This document shows positions 49,401 through 62,900 of a DNA stretch of 64,000 nucleotides, in pieces. This stretch comes from Phoronis australis (taxonomy: Eukaryota; Animalia; Phoronida). A program made the translations under genes and the position numbers. Location of the stretch: assembly GCA_002633005.1 (NCBI GenBank), contig NMRA01000226.1, forward strand, positions 549,004-613,003, in the 5' to 3' direction. Under the pieces are notes generated by a model. The model was not told the origin of the DNA. It saw only the letters and a program-made list of their open reading frames with translations, and did no database searches. Positions within the stretch are counted from its first letter, which is position 1; each line of letters opens with the position of its first letter.

Positions 49401-51499
49401 AATTATTGTATATTTTTTTACAAATGTAGTGCAGTTTTACGATGTAGTGTAAATGTGTAGAGGAGTATACTGCTTAGACTACTCGTAATGTTACAAACGA
49501 TTCAGAAATCCTTGATACTCAGAAACGCATTCCATTTCCCCATTAATACGTGCAGCATACTGTGGGCTGGGTATTTAGATTATTGAGACAAAAACTCTAA
49601 TTGACCCGTTATGATCATAAGCCAAGTCAAACTATTGTCTGTCCATTCGGGGAAGTGTTTAGGCAGTACATGTAACTAATCATGTTTTCTTACCTGCAGG
49701 AAGTGTTGCTGGACTTGCTTTAAGTGGCTCAATCTGCACAATACATTTGAGGTTTGTACTGGTTCTAAACATAGTGTGTGCATTTGTGTCGTTGGAATTA
49801 GTTCAGTGTTGACTGGTTCAGTAATGTGGATGGTCAGAACTGATACGGGTAAGGTTTGGGAATTTATTTAGTTTGAACACTGTGACTATCAGTTGTTCTG
49901 TTGTGATTAGTCTGAAGCCCTTGCCTTTTACAAATGGCATTTTCTAATATTGTATTTAAAAACGTAGCCTTTACGTCATTGAAAATGAATAGGGACTTGG
50001 TCCTTTAATTAGGAGCATCGCATGAAAGACCCCTGTTTATTTTCAATATTATTGAGAATTTAACATAGAGTTGACTTCATTCTTGGTATGAAAGCTAATC
50101 ACTAACTTAGGAGTGAAAATGAAGCATCATAAGAAAAGGCAGTCAGTGTTCTCCCAAGTCCGTAGATACAGTGAAAAGTTAAGGAATATAGTTGCATCCC
50201 TGTTTCATGAAACAAGGCACAGATCACCTGGATAAGGTGGTTCATTCTATAGCAAAGTCACCAAAGGGGTGTGCTTTGAGACTGTAGTGTTACTGTATCA
50301 CACTTTGATTCACTGTTACAGGTGTTTGCTACTATATCCCTCGTATCTCTCCACTTCTATGCTGTACTACTGAGCACCGGGCGGTCTATAGACTGGTTCG
50401 AGTGGTACCTCATTGGCTCCATTATATTCACCGTCAGTTTCTGGATGACCATAGCTGTGAGGATCAAATCTGAGGAGCCCATCCCGGAGGTAAGTGGACG
50501 TCGACAAGCCAATGGTGAGAGTCACGATGTTGGCGTGATATTGTGACCCATGTGTAGCACTTTAACAAGAGGGAAACAATGAGAGATTTACATCCACAGT
50601 TGCTTTCCAATCTATTTGTGGAAAGTCGGTCGTTTCTTATTGAAATTGCCTTGTTGTTTTGTTTAACAATTTTTCCTCCCTCTTCACATTACTGATAACT
50701 CCACTTATCTGTTACTTACATTCACATGTGATTTGCAAACATTTGAGTTTTTTGTAGTTATAATTATTTTATTGTAGTTTTTAAAAGAATATTGTACTTT
50801 GAAAGAAAATTCATCTAGCTTCATTGAAGTTAAAGCTGTGAAGGACATTGTATCATAAGTCATTGAAAAATTAACCAAAAATTATGGCAGCTAAAAAATG
50901 TGTCAATTTTCTTTATACGAAAATTCTTCAACTTTTTACGTGTTGCAAGAAGTATAGGATGTTAACAGCAACAATAACTAGTAACCCATCGATAAAACTC
51001 CCTAAAAGTAAACATTTGTCTGCAGGAGAACATAACTGAATACTACCAAGCCGGTCTGATCCAGATCTGTTGCTGTATTCCATGTAAGAAGGTACGTGTC
51101 ATTGCTGAGCCCTCCAACATCAACTTGTCTCCCACGCAAGAAATACGGGACCACTGGAGGTACCCAGGCGTGTCTGGTGACCAACCTCACAGGAATGAAA
51201 ATGCCTCGCCCATCCCGCAGGAGTCAAGCGAGCAACAAAACAACTGTAACGCGCAGGACAATGACGGACCTTATATTGTCGTCTCCCAGCCATCCGCAAT
51301 CTCCACTAAACGGTCAACAATCCCTAACGAACCCTGGGCTCTGTCACCTAAAACGGCGAAGACAAAACGGCGCAGGTCAAGATCTCGCCAAAGGACAAAG
51401 TCCAGTTATAGCATGGAACCGTCACTGCCACAGGTAAAAGTTGATGGTGAAGACACCGTGCTGGAAGACATGGACAAGACGTCTACTACTCTGCTGTGA
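37491..51499 (+). CDS. Uncharacterised multi-pass membrane protein: Cys-rich N-terminal region plus about 7-8 hydrophobic segments of TRP-like/FLC-like type; at least 606 aa, true start unresolved (probably 35.4-36.7 kb)
   Basis: In-frame exons 37491-37640, 38582-38715, 39748-39880, 40785-40885, 43348-43578, 44964-45038, 46206-46327, 47978-48079, 48976-49053, 49700-49751, 50322-50489 and 51026-51499. Motifs: CRLGSAGPMCERC, YYMFGRLCLECP, KMLFYYLQL..WP, LLYYAP..FSC, FFLDNRKSC, FGPMYESYK..HWD..MLR, LHFPYR, HNTFE. Confidence 0.8.
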
Positions 51500-52953
51500 A
51501 TTACTGCTCGTTATTTATTCAAGTTAAATTTACACAAAGTTGCCTTATTTTTCTGTTATGCGTTGAAATTTTAAATATTTTGATGTTATTTTTTTATTGT
51601 AAGACTGCATATCAAAACGCGTGGGTATGTGTTACCATCTCTGTCTGAAGTGACCATCTGGCATCTGTCTCTGTCCACCAAACTGCTAGTGGATTTTATG
51701 AACTCTGTCCCTGTATGTTCCTTTCAAAGAGAATGTGACTGTGAGCGGATCCTGTTGTGCCTTGTAGTGACAATTTAATCTTCTCGTCTTCCTCTCGCAG
51801 AATTTGCTTCATTTACAACATTACTTCATTTTAACCATGCTTTCAGTGAATCCTTTAGTCTGAGCAGACTCCGGACTGCTTGGTGGTGTGCTCAATGTTC
51901 CATTCTGTAGCAGAGTTGGTGAACTTGCTGCTTACTGAGTTCCACTATCTTTGTACAAATGTTTGCAAACCCCGCGGACTTCTAACAAGTCTGCAAAATT
52001 TATGACTTGTAAGTCACTTGACAAAATCTGGCTTGGCTGTGTCAGAATTTTATGAGGGAGTATCACTTCTATTCTCAGAAAGAAGCGTTCTGCAGATAAT
52101 CCTTGATGTCTGAACACATGTGGGGTCCAATATTGGATCTCGTTAGCAAGTATCTTGGACGCTGTAGTGCCAGGTGTCCACAATGAATTCTACTTGCACA
52201 TGCAGAGCTAACATCTCTAGATTGGTTTGTGTTGCTGCTCTGGTGTGTTAAAGTACACGCCAAAATAACCTGGAATTCCCCGTTATGATGGTTTTGCAGA
52301 AGCCAAATTCACGTCAGAGTAGTCTTCCCTCTTGACCGAGTATGAAAGGGAATTACCGGGAAAGTTATTTGAGCAGCAAAGCCTTTCTGTAATCAAAATC
52401 CCCCCCCCTCCCCCCAACGCTTATTAACAGTCTGTTTTGCTGTGAACAGAATTAGCCATCACGATGGGAAAAAGGTATTTTGTCCGATTACTTTTGTCTT
52501 TTATTGTATCTGGATTGTGTGGATCCTGTATACAAATGAGATGGCCGTTTCCTGTGATGATCGTACTCTGGATAAATAGTCTTCATAAACCATCTCTTTG
52601 TCTGGACGATACTTGATCTCAATGTCCTATGACTGGATATGGAACAACATCCATTACAGGTGAGGTGGAGCCTGACTCTAACTGCTTTACATTGACGTTC
52701 TGAAGTGTTTTATGGTTGTTGAATACTGTAGTAGGTTCCCCGTAGACATAACACTGGAATTTTTGTTGAATGTTAGCTTAGTTTGTTCTTGCCAGAGGCA
52801 TACTCTTTGAAGGCAATGCAGATGTTCAGCCATTTTGAGTTAGCACTGCAAGCAATCCTTGCATTCAGCCAGACACGTTTCACTGATCTCGACAACCATG
52901 GGGTGCTCCCCCATTAAAATTTTAATGCATTCTTTGGGAGTATTAAAATCACT

Positions 52954-53220
52954 CTGATAAGTGATGGTGTACACAAGTCAAGGTGCCCCTTGTGTTGCTT
53001 GGTGGTGGTGTACACAAGTCAAATTGCTCTGTTGTGTCTGATAAGTGATGGTGTACACAAGTCATGGCGCCCCCTTGTGTTGCTCAGTAGTGGTGTACAC
53101 AAGTCAAATTGCTCTGTTGTGTCTGATAAGTGGTGGTGAACACAAGTCAAGGCACCCCCTTGTGTTGCTCAGCTGGGGGGGAGGGTGTACACAAGTCAAG
53201 TCACTTCCTTGTGTTGCTGA
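52954..53220. repeat. Minisatellite of about 42-bp units with an alternating (dimeric, about 84-bp) higher-order structure
   Basis: Six copies of gtg(t/a)acacaagtca, followed mostly alternately by aggtgccccttgtgttgct-like or aattgctctgttgtgtctgataa segments. Confidence 0.85.
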
Positions 53221-54960
53221 GGCAGGTTACATAATAGCGGTTGTGACATGTACCGATAAAGTAACGACAGTTGCAATTTGAATTGTTTCTCTTTTCTTTT
53301 GTTGTGCTTACTCGAATTTTGTTGTTCAAAAATAAAAACTTCAACTTTCAATGATGGATTTAGTCTTGATAATCTGCAGTATCTAAGATAGGCAGGAAAG
53401 AGAGTGAAATACCAATTGTTTCATTCAAGGAAGTAGGCTATTAAAATAATGTTTCGGCTTTCAATGTTATGTTGCTCCCTTGTTTGTTCACTCAACTACC
53501 ATTTTTTTACAGTTTCCACGTGAAGATTTTGAAAAAAATCTGGCAATGGCTGTAGACCAATCGATCATCTATTACATTTTGGGCAAGATATGCCGACAAA
53601 TGACAATAGTTTTTGATGCAAAGTATTCAACAAACATTTTCTTAAGTCGATGTGATTGCAAGCTGTATGTCAACTTGCTCATGTGTAGAAAGTGAGTGAA
53701 CATTTCAGGCCTTACCTTTTCTACTAGTGAGGCCTTTGCTGGAGGTTTACACTCAGAGTGGATTATATTTTACAATTATTTAAAAATAATTGTGATGTCA
53801 TAATCCGGATGGTAGTATTTTTGGCTGACACAATAAGAGCCGAACTGAGATAATTGTGTCTAAGATAACACACACTACTGGCTTGCAACCCCTTCCCCCG
53901 AGGTCAAACAAAGAATTGGACCCAGGCAGTACATGTGCACCATCCGAATAATACATAGTGGCAGTAGAGAGTTCAATACGAGTGGCCAGATAAGAATGGT
54001 TTTCACACCATGATATTTCTTATTGCTGATGCAGTTTTAATGTTGTAACTAGGTGTGCGCAATCTTCATTTTGTTAACTTGTCTACAGTGCTGCGCTCTG
54101 CGTACTAGGTATTTGTATCATAAAACAACCAGCAAAATAATTTCATTATATTTTTTATTTTAGCAATTCAAGTAAGTCTTGATCACTTAACAAGGCAAGT
54201 AAATTTAAAAGTTAACAATGCACCATTCATTTTTTTCTTTTATCATACCCACCTAGTTCTCAACATTTCTTAGCCGACTTCATATTTTGACGAAATTGGC
54301 CAAAAAACTCCATAGTTGCCAATTCTAAAATGAAAAAGTAGGATACCTGGATCTAGGATGAAAGAGATCTCTGTGTAAACTCGTAGCAGTGTAGTCAAAA
54401 TATGATGTTTTGCGATGAAGATTCAGAAAATGGAACAGTCCCACTAAAAGTGTGACGTTGACACCTATGGTTCTCGTTCATTGCGCAATGCTTAGTCAAT
54501 CAATTCTCACTTGCTTTTCCACATTTTAAAGACTACTCGGAACTACCTTGGTGTGACCGAGCCCTTGCAAAAGCCATGCAATTTTTAAATGTGACCAATC
54601 AATGCTGTATTGGAATGGTACAAACTTTTGAGCACCTTGCCTACTAGTACATTCTACGAAATGCACCGCACTTCACTACAGACAACGTTAACATATAATC
54701 TCATAGCCTACAAATTATAGAGGACCATTCAATGGAATCTTATGAACAAGCAAACATTTCACTAACGGTGCAGGTACAGCATTTGCACGATTCAGTCTTT
54801 TCACTTCATGTATATCCTAAGAACAAGCACATTCTGTTCAGACTCCCTTTATTGGACCAAACCCCTCACAACAGCTCTCCTGTTCTGAACACTGCGCTAA
54901 TCAATTAATGTTTTTCTTTCAGGTAAAGTTCGATAACCCTCCATTCTTTCGCAGTTATTG

Positions 54961-57900
54961 TCATAAATAGATCTTCCTCAGATCACCAGGGGACGTGATC
55001 ATATTGCACTGTGGACAAAGTTTCTTGGCACCCTGCAAATAACGAATCGTAACGCATTAGCTCACAACATTGGGAACAAAAAACAGAAAAATTTGCTTAC
55101 TTCAACTACATCCCCGAGGCCATATGTGAAGGACCCAAAGTATGGTGGGGCTTGATAAAGCAAATCGTCAATTGCCATCAGTTTGATTGGCAGTACTATT
55201 TGCACTTGATCCAACAGGAAGAAGGGGAAATATACTCTAAGGATACTACTGCTTGAATTGTCTTTCTAGAGCAGTGTCACATGACACAAAGTGTGAGACA
55301 TGGTGTATGTTTTGGCCATCCTTTAACCAAAGCCAAATCGTATCTGCCCGTCGTTAACAAAGCCCATTATCACATGATGGGAACAACTTAGACAGAGCAA
55401 AATGAAGAAATGGAATTGAAAATTTGTTTTAAAACTGTTTATTTCTAAATGAACATTCAGCTGTGTAAGATTTCGAGTTCTACAACATATTTTCTGCATT
55501 CAAGCTTGAAGGTGTAAAGTGATTATCACACAGAAAGAAAATAACAGCTCTAGTAATTTGTAGGTTCTTTTTGCAAACTACAACGTAGAGTTCACAGTAT
55601 TATAACTGTAACAATCCATGTATCCCAACTTCAGCATTTTTACAGACATGTAACAAAATATTGCAGTTGTATCAACACCATACCAGAGTTCGCAACCAGC
55701 ACTCTTCACAGTGCACGTGCCAACATTGAATAGAAACCAGTGGGGTGCTGTACGTCTCCTGCAACAAAGACACAACTAATGTTTAACATAGTCAGGTATT
55801 TCTGTGAGTAAGCCTCAGTTCTTACATACAGAAGACAATATTTGTTCTTAAATCCTCATACGTGTGCATGTAAACCTTAGAGGGCTGGGGTGTACAAACA
55901 AAAACGCATTACACGAGACCGCGCTAGTAACATGAAATGACCCGTTNCTCTCTCCTTAGCCTCCTCCTCGTCTGAGTTACATGGAATGACATCTGCCTCA
56001 CTATACTGACATGTACCGTACTGTTCTGACTCATCTCCATCCACGTTCAAGTCAACGTCGTCCTCATCCTCCATCTTGCTGGTAGTGGCAAAGCCAGAAC
56101 CTACAACCAGAAGATGAAAATAGACTAGCAAAACTGGACACAAACCTGTATATCGTGGTCGCGGTGTAACTTGCGCGAAAAACCTTCCAAAGGAAAAACA
56201 CGTCTTCCTCCAGAAGATAAGTCCGTGGAATGGTTCGCTTTGCGCATGTCCGTATCTCATGGTAGTACTCAGGGGAATTCTGGGAGGAATAAAATTGGTC
56301 TCAACTTGTTCCTTACACAGACAAAAAGTGACTACTGGGTTTGCAGTGAAATGACAATTCGTACTTCCTTCAGGTCATGCTTGGTACACAAAAGAAGCAA
56401 ACTTTCAGAGTCTGGTCTCGAGCAATAACAAAATGTCAGTTCTTTTGAAGTCTCAAAATCACGTCCAATTTGGCTACGAAACAATTCGAGACCAATTTCA
56501 TAATTTACACCACATGGACTAAATCAAAAGCTGTTTGTGAACGAAGGCAAGTTTACATCTGCTTCAACAGCACAATTTCACGTGGTGAACAATGCTGTCA
56601 ACCTAACTAAAAGAGCAGGTGCATATGTACAGGGTCAAGGGATGTTGGCCTAACGATGGAAAACAAAACGTCAACTATGTCTTTCCAATGTCAGACCTTC
56701 GATTGAAGAATGAATACCATGGCAAGAAGATGAGTGTTGATTAAAGGTGCATTTCAATTTAGCTGCTTAAGAAACACAAGTCTTTTACTCTCATAAAATC
56801 AGTCTCAAAATATTCCTCACCGTAATACCATTCTATTTCCATTACAAACTCAGGTCATAGACAATGATGCAAACGCGCCATTTTTGAATTCACAATTTTA
56901 GTTTTGGTTAACCCGAATAAACCCTGAAACATTTCCTAGAGTCATTGATGATTTCGATAATTGTTGGGATCAATAATAGAAAGCTATCATAGAAAGAAAT
57001 ATGAGACTGATTTCATGAAAGTGAAAGGCTGGATTCGATTTTCCGTAAGTTTTTAGTTAGCTAAATGTTTCCCTAAGTTTTCAGTTAGCTAAATGAGGTG
57101 AAATGCAGAGATAACCTGCCACAAATTTCAGGTGGTTACCCTAAAGTCATTTCTCACCTTTCAGGCCACCCTCCAACATGGTGCTAGCTCTGATGCGTGT
57201 CTGTCCTGCCCACGTGTACTCCTCAAACTGATCACTCTCATTCAGATCCTCCACATCCACAGCGCCCCCTTTCTGTAACCAACAACATTATGCGTTACTT
57301 AATTTTCCAATTGAAACAAGATTTCCAGATTGTCCGTGACATTTTAGGATTTTTACAATTAAACACAATCTTAACATCTCCATGAAATTTAGAGAAAGAT
57401 GGAACAGGCAATTTTGGTTGAACAGATGCCTGAATAGTGAGACAGCTCATTTAGAGTCTTATTCAAATTGTACAATGCTACGTCAACTAAGAACTATCTT
57501 GAAGTCCATACATGACAACAGAGTGATCTCAAAAATCATTTGCGTATTCAATGACGAAGCAAAAACGAAGCTAAGCTGGGCAGCAGATTACGGCGACTAC
57601 TGAGACTCGAGTCATCACACAAGGTTCTCAGCACTAAACTTGACGAACATTGCTGTGTTTCGCTCGACAACGGGAACAGCAGAGTTCACAATGATCATAT
57701 CCTTCATCACTTTCCTCCAGAAAAGAAAAAAGAACTGAGAAAAGGATCATATTATACGATGGCAGACCATACCAAGGTAAGCCTACTCTAACTTTTGACC
57801 AGTGACGAAAAAATTCATCAAGATTCCTTGGTCACCCTAGCTTAGTGTTCAGCAGACTGTTGACCTTGTTGTATAGAATTTTTTGTTCATTCAAAATATT

Positions 57901-58770
57901 TAGTAGTGCACAAAACGACTAACATGTTCGTTTTTACAGTAAAGCTTCTAATAGCAGTTGGGTGTTTATCAATTTTACTTATTCTACCCCAAAACCTACG
58001 GTAACCCCAATCTGTGACCGCCGCTTTTCAGAGACCTAGCATTTCATTACGTACCTTTAGTACAAATTACCCCGATTCTATTGGAAAAAGTGGTTCCCAT
58101 TACCACTCAGCTGACGGTTCTTTGAGAGTCCCACATTTTGATCCCATCTAGGTATTACTTTAAACAGATTAACTGGAGCGAGTAACTTGATATTTGTAAT
58201 AGAACATTGGTTATTCTATGTTCATAAACATATAAATACCACACTAATGTTATGATAAACTTTCACCAGTTTCATTACATTATACTCCTTGAATGAGACC
58301 AGGAAATACCCGAGGCCCAGACTTGACTTGCAGCATGCCAATATGATACTCATTCATTGCGACATGATGAACTCTACGTAATATTTTAATCTTTTATTCA
58401 ACTGTTCATGCCCTGAGCTACTGAATATTAACTTTTCAACGAAACCAAAATTATAAATGATGTACACAGCACATATCGCCTGTACACTAAGTGGAGGCAG
58501 CCATTACATTGCTGTGCATAGCCTCACTTTCGTACTTCACATGAATATTAATGAGATTTTTTTAAGAACTTCATCTTTTGCTCGTTTTGAAATGTACACT
58601 ATCCAAACTCCAGTTCACACAGACCCACAACAGACATGCAAGAAGATTTACCCTTTTCAAGCACTGCTCCACGTGACTGTTCAACTCGTCCGCTGTGCCA
58701 AACAGTCTTTCGTTACACACGGGACAGTGGGCTTCATCGCCACTCCTCCTTTTACGTGCCCTGCTGCGTA
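54961..58770 (-). CDS. RNF220: E3 ubiquitin ligase RNF220, 3' coding exons (upstream exons not located; one segment missing at N 55947)
   Basis: Exons 58770-58652 (CPVCNERLFGTADELNSHVEQCLKR), 57272-57158 (EEYTWAGQTRIRASTMLEGG), 56100-55948 (VDGDESEQYGTCQYSEADVIPC..EAKER, truncated by N), 55758-55684 (PLVSIQCWHVHCEECWLRTL) and 55032-54961 (GAKKLCPQCNMITSPGDLRKIYL*). These match the recalled RNF220 middle domain and RING C-terminus. Confidence 0.93.
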
Positions 58771-59874
58771 CTGCAATACAACAACATAGCGCGGGTCACT
58801 ACATAATGTCCCACAAATCAACAATGACCAAGCGTTTTACATTTAATGAGCAACTGAAAGATATGATATCTGCTACAATAAAATCTCATCAATTTAGGAC
58901 ACAATATGGCTGAAAAGTGAAACTTTATTTTTCAACAAATATCCTTCTCAAAATTACAGTGATTCACACATAATAAAATCTCACCAGTTTCGGGCAAAAA
59001 TAATTTTCAAAATGTTATATGATAGAGACATTACAGCCAGCAACTTAAACATGGTAAGGTCGGAAGAAATTGTAAAAAATCCGAATGGTAATAACGTATA
59101 TTAACCTAATATTTCTGGACTCTATGGTACAAGAGCATACGGATTCTTGCTTCTGCTATGGGAAGAGGCAGTCGTGAATTTGTGATCTTAGGGAGAAAAT
59201 GCCAAATTCGCAAGTTTTTGGTCATTTTTCGGACATCTCAAACTCTATTGCAATGGACGTAGCAAGACAAAGACATGGCTTTGTTGAATTTTATCGTCTT
59301 TGTGTATATGTTCTGTAAGTTGTTTTTTTCAAGTGTCATGAAACAGGGTGGAAACAATGGCTTTTGTTGAACTACACCAGGCATCAGTCTTTGCTCTAAC
59401 TTCATGCTAAATGTCTTTTATGAAAAATGGGTTAGGCAGATTTCGCTCATTCAGCATACCATGTCCTGTAAGATTTTACAGTATTTTGCAAACAATAGGA
59501 AACAAGTTGGACACGTGAAATTTTATTGTATGAAATTTCTCAATGAAAATTATTGAGAATTTTCCCGCTGTTACATGGTATTTTACTGTGTAGATGCCAA
59601 ACAACAATCGACACAGTTTCCATTAGTTGTAGTAAGTTAATGCGTCTTTGAAAAAATAGAAAGAATAGAATTTGGCAATCAGTTTTGTGCAAAATAAGTG
59701 AAACATTGTCATAATAAAAACAACAGTAAATATCACAAGACACGTCATAGTAAAAAAGATCGGAACACCACCATAACTGTGTGTGATTTAATCCATGGTT
59801 GCTGCGCCAAGTAAATACCGTTTTCAAGAGGCCGCAACATTGACCCATATAAAAGGTGGAGTTTAACATAGGCA

Positions 59875-59975
59875 TATATATCTATCTATACCTAAATCTA
59901 TATTTAAAAACTGATGTAATTAACTACATCTACATCTACATCTACAAATACATATACATATACATATGTGTATAT
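59875..59975. repeat. Low-complexity (TACATC/TACATA)n microsatellite
   Basis: Direct inspection. Confidence 0.7.
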
Positions 59976-62900
59976 ATTACTGTGCAATATAAATGTCCAA
60001 CTACTAGTGGATACCATGGTCTTACACTTAACACATGGACAAGGAACGCGAGTCTCTTAGAAACTTCCTTCCACTTGTACAGTTGTACCTATCATTTCCT
60101 TGATTATTTGATCACATTTCACGGGTTATAATAAACTATAATTTTGTCACTATTCCGTCTCACTAGTTCAATTATAACAATATATCTGCAATGCAATTCT
60201 GCTCTGTCAGTCACGATAATGACTTGGTCCAGGCAAACCTAATTAATGCCAACTGATTCAGCACGCCTCAACGTACATATTAATTAAAACAACTTTTCTA
60301 TTGCCATAATAATCATGTTAGCACATACTCAACTATCCGTTCATTCCTCTCAATCGCACGGACAAATAAACACAAAGGGAATTTCAAGTAGCAGACATTT
60401 GATATCATTGAAACCAATTATAAATTTAAGATGTACTTTAAGGCAAAAAAGCAAAGTTGGTTCCGGTCTTTACCCCCGCTCGCCAACTAAAAAAAACACC
60501 CACCCATATCAATTTCAGCCGAAGTTTCATTTTTTTGAAAAGCTGCACAAAGGCACGTAAACAAGGGTAAGCAAGATTTGAAGCGCCATGACTTGCCTAG
60601 TTATGAGTAAAAAAAGCCAAAAAAAACATTTTGCATGTCTCAGGTGGACTTCCTTTTTTAAAAAGTGAGCAACTAAAAATACAGCCCCAACAAAAAAAGA
60701 GACCAGAACCAATTATGCTTTTTTGGTCAAAGAAAGTTATTTTATACTCTGGGGCAAAGGAATAGTACTTTATTAGACTGGTCTTAATGTTAACTGCATT
60801 TATTCAAAGACAGGACACAATAGCATTTGTCTACTTTCTAAAAAGCCACACACATTCAACAGACGCCCCAGTTCAGTGAAACTGATATTAAATCAACGTA
60901 ATGGGAACCTTTTCTTTATAAAGATGTTATAAATGTTCACACACCGGGTTATCGTTTAATGTGCTGAACATATTTAGTGTTGTTGTTCATCAAACTAATG
61001 TCGATATAACTAGCTCTACGCGACACTAGCAGTTGTCAGGCTGGACTATTGCCCATGACGGCCATTTGTCATACACTATAGAAAGTCGTCGTTCCCATGA
61101 CTTAAAAGTATTAAGTATTGTCTTTTGAAATGTTTTGTTTTCTTAAGACAGGGAATGGAAGGTCAGACGGCTTTTGGACATTTTAAAAACAAGTACATTT
61201 GGTCAACATACACTTGCCATTTTTTTCTCTCCTCTGCACCTTTTATGAAAAAATTCATTACAAATGTAACACAAATTTCAGTAATAATAGCTTACAGGGG
61301 TCTCAAATTTGAGAACCAATTTTCTTCACTGAATAACAATAATCTTAATCTAAATTATCTCTGTTAGGGATTATTGCCCAAAATTCATTTTTTTTTTCTT
61401 TATGTATTTGGCATTTTTGAAAGCTCTTGACCAGTAAACTAAGTAAGAGAACTGATACCGGTATTTTTTAAAATAAACAGGACAACATCGAAATTTGACA
61501 AAGCTTCAACACACAAAACCATGAGTAAAATATCCATTTCCTTTCGCCTAAAATCTGTTTCAATGTCAGCTAAATCTCAACAAATTCTCGTCAGGTGTTG
61601 CTCCACGTACTTTGTCGAAATTGTGACAATCTACAGAGCAATGACATTCACATATAAACAATTTAGTGGCTAGGGGCCCGTACAGTCAAATTAAATTGTC
61701 TCTTTTATTAAATTTCAACAAAAGCGCTATTTTATTGTGATACAAATACGACTGAACTGTCAAATAATTCTGGCAGAGTTCTGACCAAGTTCATTTAGTT
61801 TATTTTGAAAACTTTGAAAAAGGAGATTTTCCATTAAGGACAAACATTTTCAAATCCAATTTTCATGTTCAATATTGATTACCATTGCAACTTTCCAGAT
61901 CACAATGTTCTCCTGATTTGACAGTTGTTTACCCACAATGCTATGCACATGTAGGGAATTCATTGTACTGGTCCAGTGCTAATCACTCACTTACATTTAC
62001 AAAAGGTTAACTTCGAGTTATTTATAAATTGTACCACTGACTGCAATGGCCAAGGACAGCTGTCCAGAAGAGAAAATTAATAAAATATTAGAGACCGCAA
62101 ACCACTGCTCGTTACTTGAGAAAGTACACAACAGACCAACTATAATTACTCGGTCTTAATAACAAGAAGTTTCGCAAACACCATTTAACCAAATCAATGA
62201 ATCAAATCATCTGTTAACAGCTTTGGTAAGCAAAAATGAGAGGCATGGGAGGTAGAGAGAACCGAGTATCATTCACACACAAAGAAGTCCAACTAGAAAC
62301 ACTCAGAGGTTGGGGATGTTTTCACTTTAACTCATCTGGAACACTAGAGGTGTAGTGTTCAGCTACAGAGGTGGATATCGAATATCTCGGGTGATGAGTC
62401 TCTTATATAGTGGAGGATATCGGATATCCTCAGTGAAGAGTTTGTAGACAATGGTGGCTCAATCAGGTGTGCCAGTGAAAGACTCAAGTCACACTGTTAT
62501 TCAAACTCTCACGAGTGTATCAAATCAATTGACACTCGCTGGTATCAAATACATACACCATAGACACGAGTGACGGACAGTCAATAAACTGTCAAGCATT
62601 ATTCAATTATTCCTAGAACCAGACTTCTGTACTGTGAGTCTGTTCACAAATTTCTGATTCCGTATTTATGTACAAAACAGTTTCTCTCTCCTGAAAGTTC
62701 TAACCTCTTTCTTTACAACCAGAAACAGTAACCACGAAAATAAGAATTATTATGTAATAGTGCATCAAAGCATAATAAAATCTCACCAACTCGTAACAGT
62801 AATGTCATCTTTTGTATTTAACGAAATAAAATGTAAAAAAATCCCGACAACAGTTATTGCCAAAACCACCCTTCATGACTTTTCCAGGACTTTTGGCATA

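Noticed and set aside
52954-53220. CRISPR-like repeat-spacer array
   Set aside because: The spacers are not unique (two alternating types), there are no cas genes, and the context is eukaryotic.
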